Shown here piece after piece: positions 8,102 through 19,100 of a stretch of 64,000 nt of DNA. Each line of letters begins with the position of its first letter. Position 1 is the first letter of the stretch. The translations under genes and the position numbers were made by a program. Source of the stretch: an uncultured Gemmatimonadota bacterium (lineage in GTDB: Bacteria; Gemmatimonadota; Gemmatimonadetes; Palauibacterales; Palauibacteraceae); the NCBI GenBank assembly GCA_913043255.1, contig CAJWLK010000011.1, forward strand, positions 11,170-75,169. Reading direction: 5' to 3'. A model generated the notes under the pieces. That model ran no database searches. It worked only from the letters and a program-made list of their open reading frames with translations, and had not been told where the DNA came from.

Positions 8102-11100
8102 ATGGACCATGGGCTGATGATTCAACGTACTAATTGCTCGTTTGTGATCGCGCTTACACTCCTGATCATGGCTTTTCCATTGGCAGATATTGAGGCCCAG
8201 GGTGTCGACGAACACCTCCTCAGCCACCTGACGTGGCGATCGGTTGGCCCTACACGCGGTGGGCGAGTTCTCGGGGTCGCGGGTCACTCTGTTGACAAAC
8301 TTGTGTTCTATCAGGGCAGTGCTGGTGGGGGCGTTTGGAAGACAGAAGATGCGGGCGCCAACTGGAAGAACGTATCAGATGGGTTCTTTCGAACTGGTTC
8401 AGTGGGGGCCGTTGAGGTCGCTCGTTCTCGGCCGGATGTCGTTTACGTAGGTATGGGAGAAGCGTGCATCCGTGGTAATGCATCGCACGGTGACGGGGTA
8501 TACCGCACGGATGATGGTGGTGTGACGTGGCGACACCTGGGGCTTGAGTCTACAAGACAAATTGGACGGATAAGAGTGCACCCACTTGACCCCGACATCG
8601 CATGGGTTGCTGCGCTAGGCGATGCGTGGGGTCCCAGTGAAGCTCGCGGCGTTTACCGAACCCGTGACGGTGGCGCTACATGGGATAAGGTTTTGTATCG
8701 AGATGAAAATACAGGTGCGATCGATCTTGTTCTTGACCCGAAGAATCCTGACATAATCTATGCTTCTATGTTGGAATTGCGTCGCTTTCCTTGGGGATTT
8801 CGGAGTGCTGGACCCGGTACGAGCCTATTTAAAAGTATCGATGGGGGTGACACCTGGACCGAACTCACAGACAATCCCGGTATGCCGGCAGGACTCAAAG
8901 GGCGCATTGGCGTTACAGTTTCCCCCGTTCAGTCGAACCGGGTATGGGCGATCGTCGATGCGACTCTCGGCGAAAAGGGAATATTCCGATCGGATGATGG
9001 TGGCGACACATGGGTGCGTGTGAATGACGACGCAAACCTTCTTCAGCGACCTTGGTACTACCACCATATCGTGGCTGACCCTAGCGATGAGAATACCGTT
9101 TTTGTTCTCAATGTCTTTCTGTGGAAGTCAACCGATGGTGGAGAGACGTTCTCACAGGTTTTTACGCCGCACCCGGACCACCACGATCTGTGGATTGATC
9201 CTGAAGACCCCATGCGCATGATCAACGGTAGTGATGGTGGGGCAAGTGTAAGCTTCGACGGAGGACTCTCTTGGTCGTCTCTACTTAACCAATCGACAGC
9301 TCAAATGTATCACGTTACCACCGACAACCAGGAACCCTATCGCCTGTATGCATCACAACAGGACAATACGACGATCTCAGTGCCTAGCCGATCAGATCTT
9401 GGTCGGATATCGATCGAGGACTGGTATACGGTAGGAGGTGGTGAAGACGGGTACATCGCGATTAATACTGAGGACCCGAACATCGTATACGCCGGCGACC
9501 ACCATTGGGTCTACCGCTACGACCACCGTAGCAAGCAAGTGCGCGACATTTCCCCCAATCCGGAGACGCACTACGGGTGGGGGTCTGCAGACATCAACTA
9601 CCGATTCTGGTGGACGTACCCGGTGATGACGTCGCCACACGACCCGGACGCCCTCTACGTTACATCGCAATTTGTCCATCGATCGCAGGACGAAGGGCAG
9701 AGTTGGCAGGTGATTAGCCCTGATCTAACACGTGCGGATCCATCGACCCTTGAATCAACCCCGGAATATGGACAAGAGAACACAGGTGTCTATTGGGGAC
9801 CCATCACGCGTGAGGCATACGGCCCAGAATGGTATGCCACCATTTTCGCCTTTGCAGAATCCCCCATTAGCTCTGGCCTCCTTTGGGCGGGCTCCGATGA
9901 TGGATATATCCACGTATCAATGGATGCTGGGCGCAGTTGGGAAAATGTAACAATACCAGACCTTCCTGAGTTCGCGATGATATCGATTATTGAAGCATCG
10001 CAGCACGATCCAGGGACTGCCTATGTGGCTGCAACCCGATATAAACTTTCCGACCACCGACCGTACTTATACCGGACAAAGGACTTTGGTCGTACGTGGA
10101 CGAAGATCACAAATGGGATCCCGACGGACGATTTCACCCGCGTGATTCGAGAGGATCCAGACAGGGCGGGGCTTCTCTACGCGGGAACCGAGCGCAGTGT
10201 ATACGTGTCGTTTGATGAGGGTGACAGTTGGCAATCACTCGCCCTGAATCTGCCCGTTGTTCCGATCCATGACCTAGTAGTGAGTCATGGAGACTTGATA
10301 GCGGCTACACATGGCAGATCTTTTTGGATACTCGACAATGCCGCACTTCTTCAACAACTATCGTCTGTTGAGATCACAGACCACCATCTTTTCAACCCTC
10401 GATCGACGACACGGTTCAACCCGGGGGCATCACCGGCTGCATTGTTCTCTGCTATGGGTCGCCCTGGGGCAGGAGATCCGGCGGGCGCCAATCCGCCTGA
10501 CGGGGTTGTGATTCCATATTATTTGGCACACAAACCCCAAGGGGATTTGACACTTAGAATCCTTGAGGAGGGGCGTATCATTCGGGAGTTCATCAGTGCT
10601 TCTGAAAGACCATCTCCAAGTGGGGGATGCCCATGGATGGGTCCAAGTAGTGGAGTCCTCGGAGGTGTTGGAGCACAAGATCGCCCATCGATCCAACTGG
10701 GTGCGAACACCTTCGTTTGGGATCTCCGTGTAGCGCCGGCTAGGGTACTTGAAAACGCAGTGTTCCAGGGGCGATCGGATGGTCCTCGTGTTCCGCCGGG
10801 AAGTTACACGGTCCAACTCGCAGTGGATGGACGCACATGGTCCCAGCCGTTCACTGTAGTACGGGATCCGCGCGTCAAATATACTGACGAACAACTGCGA
10901 GAGCAGTTCGATTTTCTTGTCGCCGTGCGGGATCGTCTTACTGAGACTATGGATCTTGTAAGTCAGATTCGTCGCATGCGGTCCGAAGCTGAGCGCGCGG
11001 TTGAACAGGGTGGGGGTGGCGAGGAACTGCAAGAGTCACTCACTAAACTTAACACTGATCTGTATAGAGTCGAGGAGCGTTTGGTGCAGTACCGAGCGCG

Positions 11101-11308
11101 GGCCGGCCAGGATTTGATCGCCCAACCAACTGCCATCGATAGTAAACTAGCTCGGCTTATGTCATTTGCTTCGATGGCAGATGCGCCGCCAACCGAAGGG
11201 CAACAACAGTTACTCGATCGACTTATCCTTGGCATCGAGGAGCGGGCCGCGGCTTTGGATGAGATAGCAAACACCACATACGCCGAACTGGTTCGACTGG
11301 TACCATGA
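8102..11308 (+). CDS. secreted BNR/Asp-box repeat protein (sortilin/VPS10-like, GH74-like glycosyl-hydrolase fold)
   Basis: Signal peptide MIQRTNCSFVIALTLLIMAFPLADIEAQG. At least 10 S/DxDxGxTW Asp-box repeats are present, including DDGGVTWRHL, DGGATWDKV, DGGDTWTEL, DGGETFSQV, DEGQSWQVI and DFGRTWTKI. Confidence 0.8.
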   Translation: MDHGLMIQRTNCSFVIALTLLIMAFPLADIEAQGVDEHLLSHLTWRSVGPTRGGRVLGVAGHSVDKLVFYQGSAGGGVWKTEDAGANWKNVSDGFFRTGSVGAVEVARSRPDVVYVGMGEACIRGNASHGDGVYRTDDGGVTWRHLGLESTRQIGRIRVHPLDPDIAWVAALGDAWGPSEARGVYRTRDGGATWDKVLYRDENTGAIDLVLDPKNPDIIYASMLELRRFPWGFRSAGPGTSLFKSIDGGDTWTELTDNPGMPAGLKGRIGVTVSPVQSNRVWAIVDATLGEKGIFRSDDGGDTWVRVNDDANLLQRPWYYHHIVADPSDENTVFVLNVFLWKSTDGGETFSQVFTPHPDHHDLWIDPEDPMRMINGSDGGASVSFDGGLSWSSLLNQSTAQMYHVTTDNQEPYRLYASQQDNTTISVPSRSDLGRISIEDWYTVGGGEDGYIAINTEDPNIVYAGDHHWVYRYDHRSKQVRDISPNPETHYGWGSADINYRFWWTYPVMTSPHDPDALYVTSQFVHRSQDEGQSWQVISPDLTRADPSTLESTPEYGQENTGVYWGPITREAYGPEWYATIFAFAESPISSGLLWAGSDDGYIHVSMDAGRSWENVTIPDLPEFAMISIIEASQHDPGTAYVAATRYKLSDHRPYLYRTKDFGRTWTKITNGIPTDDFTRVIREDPDRAGLLYAGTERSVYVSFDEGDSWQSLALNLPVVPIHDLVVSHGDLIAATHGRSFWILDNAALLQQLSSVEITDHHLFNPRSTTRFNPGASPAALFSAMGRPGAGDPAGANPPDGVVIPYYLAHKPQGDLTLRILEEGRIIREFISASERPSPSGGCPWMGPSSGVLGGVGAQDRPSIQLGANTFVWDLRVAPARVLENAVFQGRSDGPRVPPGSYTVQLAVDGRTWSQPFTVVRDPRVKYTDEQLREQFDFLVAVRDRLTETMDLVSQIRRMRSEAERAVEQGGGGEELQESLTKLNTDLYRVEERLVQYRARAGQDLIAQPTAIDSKLARLMSFASMADAPPTEGQQQLLDRLILGIEERAAALDEIANTTYAELVRLVP

Positions 11309-11444
11309 CTAACGTGTTCCGAAGTGTGTTGTTGAGGCTAGTGTTTCCTCCGCTGCTTGAGGTCACTTGCCCGCGTGCAGTTAGCTAGATTAGAGTCGGA
11401 GTTCGAATGGTCATGAGCAGCCGAAAATCAAAGCTGGCAAACTT

Positions 11445-11849
11445 ATGTCATTAAAACCTGTTCTCACGGGACTCATTGTTGTGTTGGGAGTGTCGCTACT
11501 CTTTGGGATCCTGGCTCCAGGTCGTGCGACGGCGAACGCGCCACATCTTTCCTTGGCCGAATCATGGCCGAAAGCAGATGAGGAACTGGCGGAGTCGCCC
11601 GAGGAAGTGCGACTCCGATTTACTGAAGCCCCGCAGATGAACGGGACGTCCCTCCGTCTTCGCCCCATGGACGCCGACCCACTCGATATCGGAAAAACAA
11701 TAGCTACGGCAGAAGACGACAAGATCGTTGTCGCCTCAATTCCGATGCGTCTTGAGTACGGAACCTATGAGGTTTTATGGCGGGCTATGGCGCGGGATGG
11801 TCACGTCGTACGCGGCGACTTTCAGTTTGAGTTTCGAGTTGAAAGATGA
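11445..11849 (+). CDS. copC: copper resistance protein CopC family (periplasmic copper chaperone)
   Basis: A signal peptide is followed by a mature N-terminal His (HLSLAESWPKAD). The C-terminal YEVLWRAMARDGHVVRGDFQFEF matches the CopC/PcoC fold (compare YRVDWRAVSSDTHPITGSVTFKV). Confidence 0.7.
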   Translation: MSLKPVLTGLIVVLGVSLLFGILAPGRATANAPHLSLAESWPKADEELAESPEEVRLRFTEAPQMNGTSLRLRPMDADPLDIGKTIATAEDDKIVVASIPMRLEYGTYEVLWRAMARDGHVVRGDFQFEFRVER

Positions 11850-11892
11850 GCTTGACGCGGTCGTCTCTCTCCTGTAGCTGAGGACTGTCGCC

Positions 11893-12825
11893 ATGTGGTA
11901 TGTGCTTGGTATCCTCTCGAGATGGTTGCTTTTTTCTGGTATCCTGACCGCTGTAGGATCACTTGTATTTCGTGGCCTTATCCTCCCAAAACACCCGCTG
12001 AGTACCCGGTCGCCCGATGATCCGGATTCCTACGATGTCGTGGTAGGTGCCGCCCACTTTGGAGTCTTTGCGATCTGCCTGTTACTTATAGGATCATTGG
12101 GACGACTCGCGGCCCAGTTCGCGGTATTTCGCGACCCCTACGCGTCATTGACAAGTGAGCTTTCGCTATTGGTAGGGAGCACCACGTGGGGACAAGCATG
12201 GGCCTGGCAAGCTGTTTTCGGCATCATTGCCTTGTTCGCCTTCATCGCGGCAGGAAATCGTAGCAAAAAATTTTCATCCACACTCTGGATTCTAGCAGGA
12301 TTGGCCGTGTTTGTGCTTGCGCTCACTCCTGCTTTTTCCGGCCACGCTTATGGGTCAGAGCGCTGGACGGTTGCTCTCGTGATTGGAGATTTTGTACATG
12401 TGATGGCTGCGGGCGTGTGGCTTGGAACACTGTTTGTAATAACGGGCACAGTTGTGGTTGCCAAAGGGCGCGGCGGCCACGTTCCGAAAGCTGACCTCAT
12501 CGGGTGGATCGCGTCTTTCTCGCCACTGGCTTTGGCTTCTGCCGCCGCTATTGGTGTTACGGGGCTTCTCGCCTCATGGGTCCATGTGGATCAAATATCG
12601 TCGATGTGGACTTCACCTTACGGTCAGCGTTTGAGTCTAAAATTAGCGGTGTTACTCATTGTGCTCGGTTTCGGTGCGTTTCATTGGAAGCGAGCACAGG
12701 ACCGCGTGCAAGCATCGCATGGATCCGGTCGACTGCCTTTGACCGTGGCTATTGAACTGGTTGGAGGGTTGGCAATTCTTTTTGTAACGGCGGTCCTGGT
12801 GGCGACCCCGATGCCAGGGGAATAA
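11893..12825 (+). CDS. copD: copper resistance protein CopD family (inner-membrane)
   Basis: Polytopic membrane protein of 310 aa with about 8 TM helices, immediately downstream of copC. This is the classic copCD arrangement. Confidence 0.7.
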   Translation: MWYVLGILSRWLLFSGILTAVGSLVFRGLILPKHPLSTRSPDDPDSYDVVVGAAHFGVFAICLLLIGSLGRLAAQFAVFRDPYASLTSELSLLVGSTTWGQAWAWQAVFGIIALFAFIAAGNRSKKFSSTLWILAGLAVFVLALTPAFSGHAYGSERWTVALVIGDFVHVMAAGVWLGTLFVITGTVVVAKGRGGHVPKADLIGWIASFSPLALASAAAIGVTGLLASWVHVDQISSMWTSPYGQRLSLKLAVLLIVLGFGAFHWKRAQDRVQASHGSGRLPLTVAIELVGGLAILFVTAVLVATPMPGE

Positions 12826-12868
12826 GAAACGTTAGATCTCGGTCCGGAGTCGCCGGGGTGACGGTGGT

Positions 12869-13657
12869 TTAGCGGTCTTTTGTAGTAATCACGATTGCAC
12901 CAATCCAGCCATCACCCCCATACCGTGCGCTCGCCTCGGAGCGAGACAAGATGTCAATTCTTTGGACCTCGTCGATCGACAGCCCTCGAACAACCGAGAC
13001 GCCATCGCCTTGCGGTCGTTCATTGACTAGGACCTGGACCGTGGTGAAGCGGCCGTTATTAAGGCTTGTAGAGACCACGTGGTCGAACAAGATGACTTCA
13101 CCCATCCCGGTGAACCGGTCGAAGCGAATTCGTTGATGCTGCCGCAAGAGCTGGTATACGCTCATTTCAGGAAGGTAGACGAGATCTTCTGCCCGAATGA
13201 CATCAGCGCTAAACGCACGTCCCGACCCACCTCCTGCGAGCGATCCGACTTCTTTATCAAATTCTTCTTCTTCGTTGTCCGCAGTGAGAGATAAGTTAAG
13301 GTCTTGCTGAGCTAGGATTGCGGAAGTCGTGTATGGCACAGCTGACCCTCGTCGGTCACCGAAGGAGGCGCGCAGTGAAACTTCACTCTCTTGTGGAAGC
13401 CCGCAGAGAATGAAGAGTCCTTCTAGGTTGGCATCCGCTACGATGCGGCGCCGTGCTCCGTCTTGAACCCAACTTGCTGCAACAGAAACACCTGGCACCC
13501 CTGTGTTAAGATCTGGATCGGTAACATAGCCAACCACAGCGGCGTCAGTCTCCTCGTTGCCATCAGGACAGAAGTCCGTAAAATCTTGAGCTACAGCTAA
13601 GGATGGAGTCCCCAAAAAGACCGCTGTTAAAATGAATCGCACATTTGAATACAGCAT
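12869..13657 (-). CDS. TonB-dependent receptor N-terminal fragment (CarboxypepD_reg-like + plug domain), beta-barrel absent
   Basis: Start ATG at 13657 with GAGAGG RBS. Signal peptide MLYSNVRFILTAVFLGTPSLAVAQ. AVVGYVTDPDLNTGVPGVSVAASW resembles a carboxypeptidase-regulatory domain. LSIDEVQRIDILSRSEASARYGGDGWIGAIVITTK matches the TBDR plug motif. The ORF stops after the plug, so it is either a plug-only protein or a pseudogene remnant. Confidence 0.55.
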   Translation of the reverse strand: MLYSNVRFILTAVFLGTPSLAVAQDFTDFCPDGNEETDAAVVGYVTDPDLNTGVPGVSVAASWVQDGARRRIVADANLEGLFILCGLPQESEVSLRASFGDRRGSAVPYTTSAILAQQDLNLSLTADNEEEEFDKEVGSLAGGGSGRAFSADVIRAEDLVYLPEMSVYQLLRQHQRIRFDRFTGMGEVILFDHVVSTSLNNGRFTTVQVLVNERPQGDGVSVVRGLSIDEVQRIDILSRSEASARYGGDGWIGAIVITTKDR

Positions 13658-13809
13658 GCGTACCTCTCGGATTGGAATCGCAGACGCGGTCAGGCGTGTC
13701 TTTTTTGCCTGTGCCACTTTCAAACTATTATACAATATATGAAAAAGTCGCTGACGCGGCTGCACTCTAACGCGGCTGGTTTCCAGCCTTCGATTTCAAG
13801 GCATCATCA

Positions 13810-15243
13810 ATGACTCTTCATGAAGATGATCCTAGACCGGCCAGCACTCCTGCGCAGGTCGACAACGCGTCTGTTGGTGTGGGAAGGCGTGGATTCGTTC
13901 GTAAGGCGGGGTTTTATGCCGGGGCAACAGTTTTGGCCCCGTCCCTTTCGGGACTCCTGGCGTGTGGGCAGCCTTCTTGGACGAATAGACAGAGTAGGAG
14001 TGTCGCTGGGTATGGTCCGCTCGTCGAGGTCGGTCCCGAGATTGCCCTGCCTGCGGGGTTTCGCTACACGGTTTTGAGTGTAGAAGGGCAATTGATGTCA
14101 GACGGGGCCCTGACACCTCGTGCACATGATGGTATGGCGGTCTTTCCGCGAACAGATCGCGTGATTCGATTGGTGAGAAATCACGAGGATTCTAACTTGC
14201 CAGGTCGAACTCCACCCCTAGTGAGTCCTGACCTGGCGTACGACCCTCTCGCCGGTGGGGGCACGACTACCCTCGACGTGAGAATTGGCTCTGATGGCTG
14301 CCCAACGCTCGAACGAGATTTTGTCAGCCTCGGTGGTACGTTTATCAATTGCGCAGGTGGTCCTACTCCCTGGGGCAGCTGGCTCAGTTGTGAGGAGTCT
14401 GCGCAGGGAACACCGCGGGGTTGGACCGTTCCGCATGGATACATATTCGAAGTTCGTGTCGATGCGGATGCTCCAGAAAAAGCTGTTCCCCTTCGAGCCA
14501 TGGGCCGCTTCGCGCACGAGGCTATAGCGGTAGATTCGCGCACCGGATTTGTCTATGAAACGGAAGATTTTGATCGTCACCGCCGCTCTGGTTTTTACCG
14601 TTTTCAACCAGAAACCCCTGGTGTTCTTTCGGAAGGTGGGCTTTTGGAGATGATGGCTGTAAAAGGACGCCCACAGGTAGATATGCGGTCCAATCAACGG
14701 GTGGGTGAGTGGCTCGATGTCGAATGGCTTCCTATACGTGATCCCGACCCGGTCGAGGCCGATCACGAACCTTCCGCCGTCTTCTTTCAGGGATATACTA
14801 ACGGCGCTGCGCGATTCTCTCGACTCGAAGGATGTTGGTTTGATGACGATAGCGTCTACTTCCATGATTCGACCGGGGGCGACGCCGAGTTGGGTCAAGT
14901 ATGGCGCTACGTGCCCGAGTCGGAAGCGCTCGTGCTTGTGTTTGAATCCCCTTCTGTAGATGTACTCAACCGGCCGGACAATATCACCGTGAGCCCGCGT
15001 GGTGGAATCTTGATCTGCGAGGACAACTCAGGTGTGACATACATGCGCGGCCTAACTCCGGATGGAGAAATCTTCCCGTTCGCTCAGAATGTGCTCAATA
15101 ACAGGGAATTCGCCGGTGCATGTTTCAGCCCTGATGGTCAGACACTGTTTGTGAATATTCAGGGGGATCTGGATTTGGATGATCCCGGAAACCTCAGTTA
15201 CACCTTGGGTATATGGGGCCCTTGGGAGGAAGGTGTCTTATGA
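13810..15243 (+). CDS. PhoX/DUF839-family Tat-secreted protein (putative alkaline phosphatase)
   Basis: Twin-arginine signal GRRGFVRKAGFYAGATVLA. The motif NCAGGPTPWGSWLSCEES is characteristic of DUF839/PhoX. Confidence 0.6.
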   Translation: MTLHEDDPRPASTPAQVDNASVGVGRRGFVRKAGFYAGATVLAPSLSGLLACGQPSWTNRQSRSVAGYGPLVEVGPEIALPAGFRYTVLSVEGQLMSDGALTPRAHDGMAVFPRTDRVIRLVRNHEDSNLPGRTPPLVSPDLAYDPLAGGGTTTLDVRIGSDGCPTLERDFVSLGGTFINCAGGPTPWGSWLSCEESAQGTPRGWTVPHGYIFEVRVDADAPEKAVPLRAMGRFAHEAIAVDSRTGFVYETEDFDRHRRSGFYRFQPETPGVLSEGGLLEMMAVKGRPQVDMRSNQRVGEWLDVEWLPIRDPDPVEADHEPSAVFFQGYTNGAARFSRLEGCWFDDDSVYFHDSTGGDAELGQVWRYVPESEALVLVFESPSVDVLNRPDNITVSPRGGILICEDNSGVTYMRGLTPDGEIFPFAQNVLNNREFAGACFSPDGQTLFVNIQGDLDLDDPGNLSYTLGIWGPWEEGVL

Positions 15244-15247
15244 GTGA

Positions 15248-16006
15248 GTGGTTGGACGTGTGACCATTTTTCTGTCTAAACTGTGTCATGAGATTAGCAA
15301 CGTTTTTCAGGGATCGAACTGCTATTTTGCTTCGAAATCCTGGGGTTGCAATGGAAACCTATTACCCGTTCTCGACCGCATTCTCATCATTGTCCTCTGT
15401 CTCACATTCGCTGGTTGTTCGGCCCGTACGGCTTCCGTAGTGCCAGCCGGTTCCCCCAGCACAGACTCTTACCCAATTGGTTGGACCCAGACAGGGGTGG
15501 CCTCTTGGTACGGTGACCCTTTCCACGGCCGGCTAACCGCATCGGGTGAAGTTTATGATATGGATTTAATGACGGCTGCCCACCAAGCCTTGCCGTTTGG
15601 CACCCGTATCCGTGTCGATAATCGCGATAACAACCGATCCATTGAACTTGTGGTAAATGATCGCGGTCCATTTGTGAAGAACCGAATTCTTGATGTCTCG
15701 CGAGCCGGTGCGAGGGCACTGGGCATGATTGGACCCGGGACTGCGCGGGTGTTAATCACAATTCTGAAGCCGGGGGGTGATCTAGTATCAGTTCGTGGTG
15801 GGTGTGTGGTTGTGCAGGTAGCCTCATTTCGCGACCCCGATGCGGCAGAATCGAGGAGGGTTGAAACTGAGCGAGCAGGGTTTGCCTCGCGTGTGGAACA
15901 CAATGATGGGTGGTACCGTGTGGTTGCGGGCCCCTACCGTGAGCCCGAAGAGGCCCGTCGCGCAGCTGACACTCTAGACGGTTTCGTACGTCGATGCTCC
16001 GAGTGA
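15248..16006 (+). CDS. rlpA: septal ring lytic transglycosylase RlpA-family lipoprotein with C-terminal SPOR domain
   Basis: The DPBB domain is GVASWYGDPFHGRLTASGEVYDMDLMTAAHQALPFGTRIRVDNRDNNRSIELVVNDRGPF. The SPOR-like C-terminus is VVQVASFRDPDAAESRRV...GWYRVVAGPY. The track start is a GTG, and the true start is uncertain. Confidence 0.75.
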   Translation: MVGRVTIFLSKLCHEISNVFQGSNCYFASKSWGCNGNLLPVLDRILIIVLCLTFAGCSARTASVVPAGSPSTDSYPIGWTQTGVASWYGDPFHGRLTASGEVYDMDLMTAAHQALPFGTRIRVDNRDNNRSIELVVNDRGPFVKNRILDVSRAGARALGMIGPGTARVLITILKPGGDLVSVRGGCVVVQVASFRDPDAAESRRVETERAGFASRVEHNDGWYRVVAGPYREPEEARRAADTLDGFVRRCSE

Positions 16007-16190
16007 CGTAAGCGCCATGGGGTCGTCATTATCATATAGTCATGAAGTGAAGTGGAAATAAAAGACATCTTACGTTGCAAAGTACAGACCTGAAGCGTTG
16101 ACTGGACGGATTTGGGTCAGAAGCCATCTGGCGCCCAAGTCCTCTTATAGGAGAGATTGTGTCAACGCATTGCACTATTTGGAGGTTTGG

Positions 16191-19100
16191 ATGTTTCGGA
16201 GAAGCCTGATAGCTGGTTTGCTTGGCATTTTGGGTGCCTCGACAGGGCCGGTGGTCGAGTCGCTTGACGCACAAGCAGGCCAATATTTTGGGCGTAATAA
16301 AGTGGTCTATCAATCCTTCGATTGGGAGGTGTTGAAGACCGAGCATTTCGATGTCTACTACTACGAAGTAGAGGCTGAAGCCGCTCGGAGCCTGGGACGT
16401 CAAGCTGAGCGCTGGTATGCTCGCCTGTCCCGCGTTTTTGACCATGAATTCCGTCAGCGACAGCCTATTGTTCTTTACGCAGACCACTCAGATTTCGAGC
16501 AGACCAATACTTCCGGTCAATTCATCGATGAAGGGACACAGGGTTTCACGGAAATCTTGAAGCGAAGATTGGTGATGCCGATGATGGTCTCGCTTAGTGA
16601 GACTGATCATCTTCTCGGACATGAACTGGTGCATGCGTTTCAGTTCGATATCACGGGGCAGGGGACAGGAGGCCCAAGTCTCGACATACCTGGTGCCATG
16701 CGCTTGCCGCTTTGGTTTATCGAAGGGATGGCGGAATACTTATCGATTGGGCCCATTGACCCGTTCACGACCATGTGGATGCGTGATGCGCTGGATCTAG
16801 AGGATGGGTTCCCCAATATACCTGACCTTAACGATCCGCAGTACTTCCCCTACCGTTATGGACACGCCGTCTGGTCTTATCTTGGTGGCACGTTTGGCGA
16901 TGAGAAGATTGGACAAATTCTCAACCTCGCGGGCCGGACGGGAGATCCGTTTGGTTCGATCGAGATGGTGCTTGAAGTACCGATCAATGATCTCTCCAAC
17001 CGCTGGAGAAACGAAACAGAGTCATACTTTTCCGAGGCGCGGAACGAGACCCAGGGCCCGGATGCATACGGCCGTCGAGTGGTATATGAGCCAGAGGGAG
17101 AGGATGGGATTCTCAATCTTGGGCCCGCCATTAGTCCGGACGGCGACGAAATTATTTACATGTCCGAACGTGATCTGTTCTCGATCGAGATGTTTCTCGC
17201 TGATGCTCGCACCGGAGAAGTGAAGCGTCGTCTTACGAAAAATGTGGTGGACCCGCACTTCGAGAGCCTTCAGTTCGTAAGCTCAGCCGGGGAATGGAAC
17301 CCAGACGGGCGCCATTTCGTTGTGGCGGGGGTGAGTGGTGGGGATGCTGTGATCAGCGTTCTAGATGTTCTAGAGGGCGGGGAAATTGCCCATGAAGTCA
17401 GACTTAACCCGGTCGGCGAAGCCTATACGCCAACTTGGTCTCCGGATGGGACCCGGGTTGCTTTTACGGGCCACCAGAACGGTTATACGGATCTATATAT
17501 CGTAGATTTGGAGACAGAAGAAATTTCCCGACTGACCGCTGATAAATATGCTGATCTACAACCATCGTGGTCGCCGGACGGTCGTTACCTAGCATTCACG
17601 ACAGATCGGTTTACGACTGATCTTGAGTTGTTGGTTGCCGGACCTTATCAGATCGCACTCTACGACCTCGAGACGGGTGATATACAGGCACTTCCAGGGT
17701 TTGATGATCAATTCCGGAACTTCAATCCTCAATGGTCCCCCGAAGGTCAAAACCTCTACTTCGTATCGGACCATGATGGGATCTCGAACCTATATCGGCT
17801 CGATATGGAAACTCGAGAGCTTCATCTGATAACCGATTTATGGACCGGTGTCAGTGGGCTAAGCAGCATTAGTCCAGCGATCTCGGTTGCCAAAGAGACA
17901 GGTGAAGTTGCCTTCAGTGTTAATAAAGGTGGCCCGTTCAGTTACGAAATCTACGTCATTGACGATCCCCAAGTGCTCGTGGGTGAGCCTGCACCGGACA
18001 TGCTTGTACAGGTCGATGCGTCAGTGATTCCACCGGTCGAGCGCGTATCGCTTGACCACCCTCAGATCCTCCAAAATGCCCGATTGGGGTTGGTGGATCC
18101 GATTACATTCGAAGATACTGATTATGAGTCCTCGCTCGGTCTCGACTTTGTGTCAAACCCGACCCTAGCATTTGGGGCCAGCGATTTCGGCACTTTTTTC
18201 GCCGCTGGCGCCAGTGCTTACTGGTCCGACCTGATGGGTAACAAGACCCTGCAGACGCTCCTCAACATTAATACGTCATTCGGCAATATGCTCCAGGGGA
18301 CGGCGGCGCTGGTGGGGTACGAAAACCTGTCGTCGCGCTGGAACTGGGCAGTCATCGGTGGTCAAGTTCCCATGGTGCTGCGACAGTTTGGGTATCAAAC
18401 CGGGACATACCAGGGTCGCCAAGCGGTCGAAATAACCGAGCTTCGCTTCTTTGAGATCAATCGCCAGATTACGGGTATTGTATCCTATCCATTCAATCGA
18501 AACTCAAGGATCGAGTTTTCAGGATCAGCTCGTCAACTTGATTTTGCCGCTAACATTGAGCGGTATGGACAAGATTTTTGGACGGGTGAGTTGTTATATC
18601 AGGAACAGACGGATCTTCCCAGATGTGCGAGCACTGAAATCTTCTTCCAGAGCTGTGCCCCACAAAGTTTACTCTTTGGTACCGCGAGTGCGGCTCTTGT
18701 CTACGATTCATCAATTTATGGAGGAACCAGCCCCATGATGGGTCAACGGTTCCGACTAGAGGTTGAGCCCGCCCTCGGTTCCTTGAATTTCGTCACAATG
18801 CAGGGTGACCTGCGTCGATATTTTAGAATAAAACCCTTCACGCTTGCAGGGCGTGCTCTCCATATCGGGCGCTGGGGTGTTGACGGTTCCGATGGTCGTC
18901 TCGGACGTATGTACCTTGGTATGCCACAGCTCGTGCGAGGTTATCAAAACACCTCCTTTGATGCGCGGGTAGAATGCCAAAGCCCAGCCGCTCAGACAGG
19001 CTTTTTCAACTGTCCTGTAATTGAGCAGCTCATTGGAAGTCGTATCGCGGTTGGGAACATTGAGCTAAGGCTTCCGCTTATAGGTGGAATTGGGGTTATT

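Noticed and set aside
10430-11277. Minus-strand ORFs of 200 and 104 aa inside the BNR-repeat gene
   Set aside because: The plus strand encodes 10 regular Asp-box repeats. The antisense products are Arg/Ser-rich with no domain.
14218-14898. 226-aa minus-strand ORF antisense to the PhoX-like gene
   Set aside because: The plus-strand product has a Tat signal and the conserved NCAGG..PWG..SCEE motif. The antisense ORF has none.
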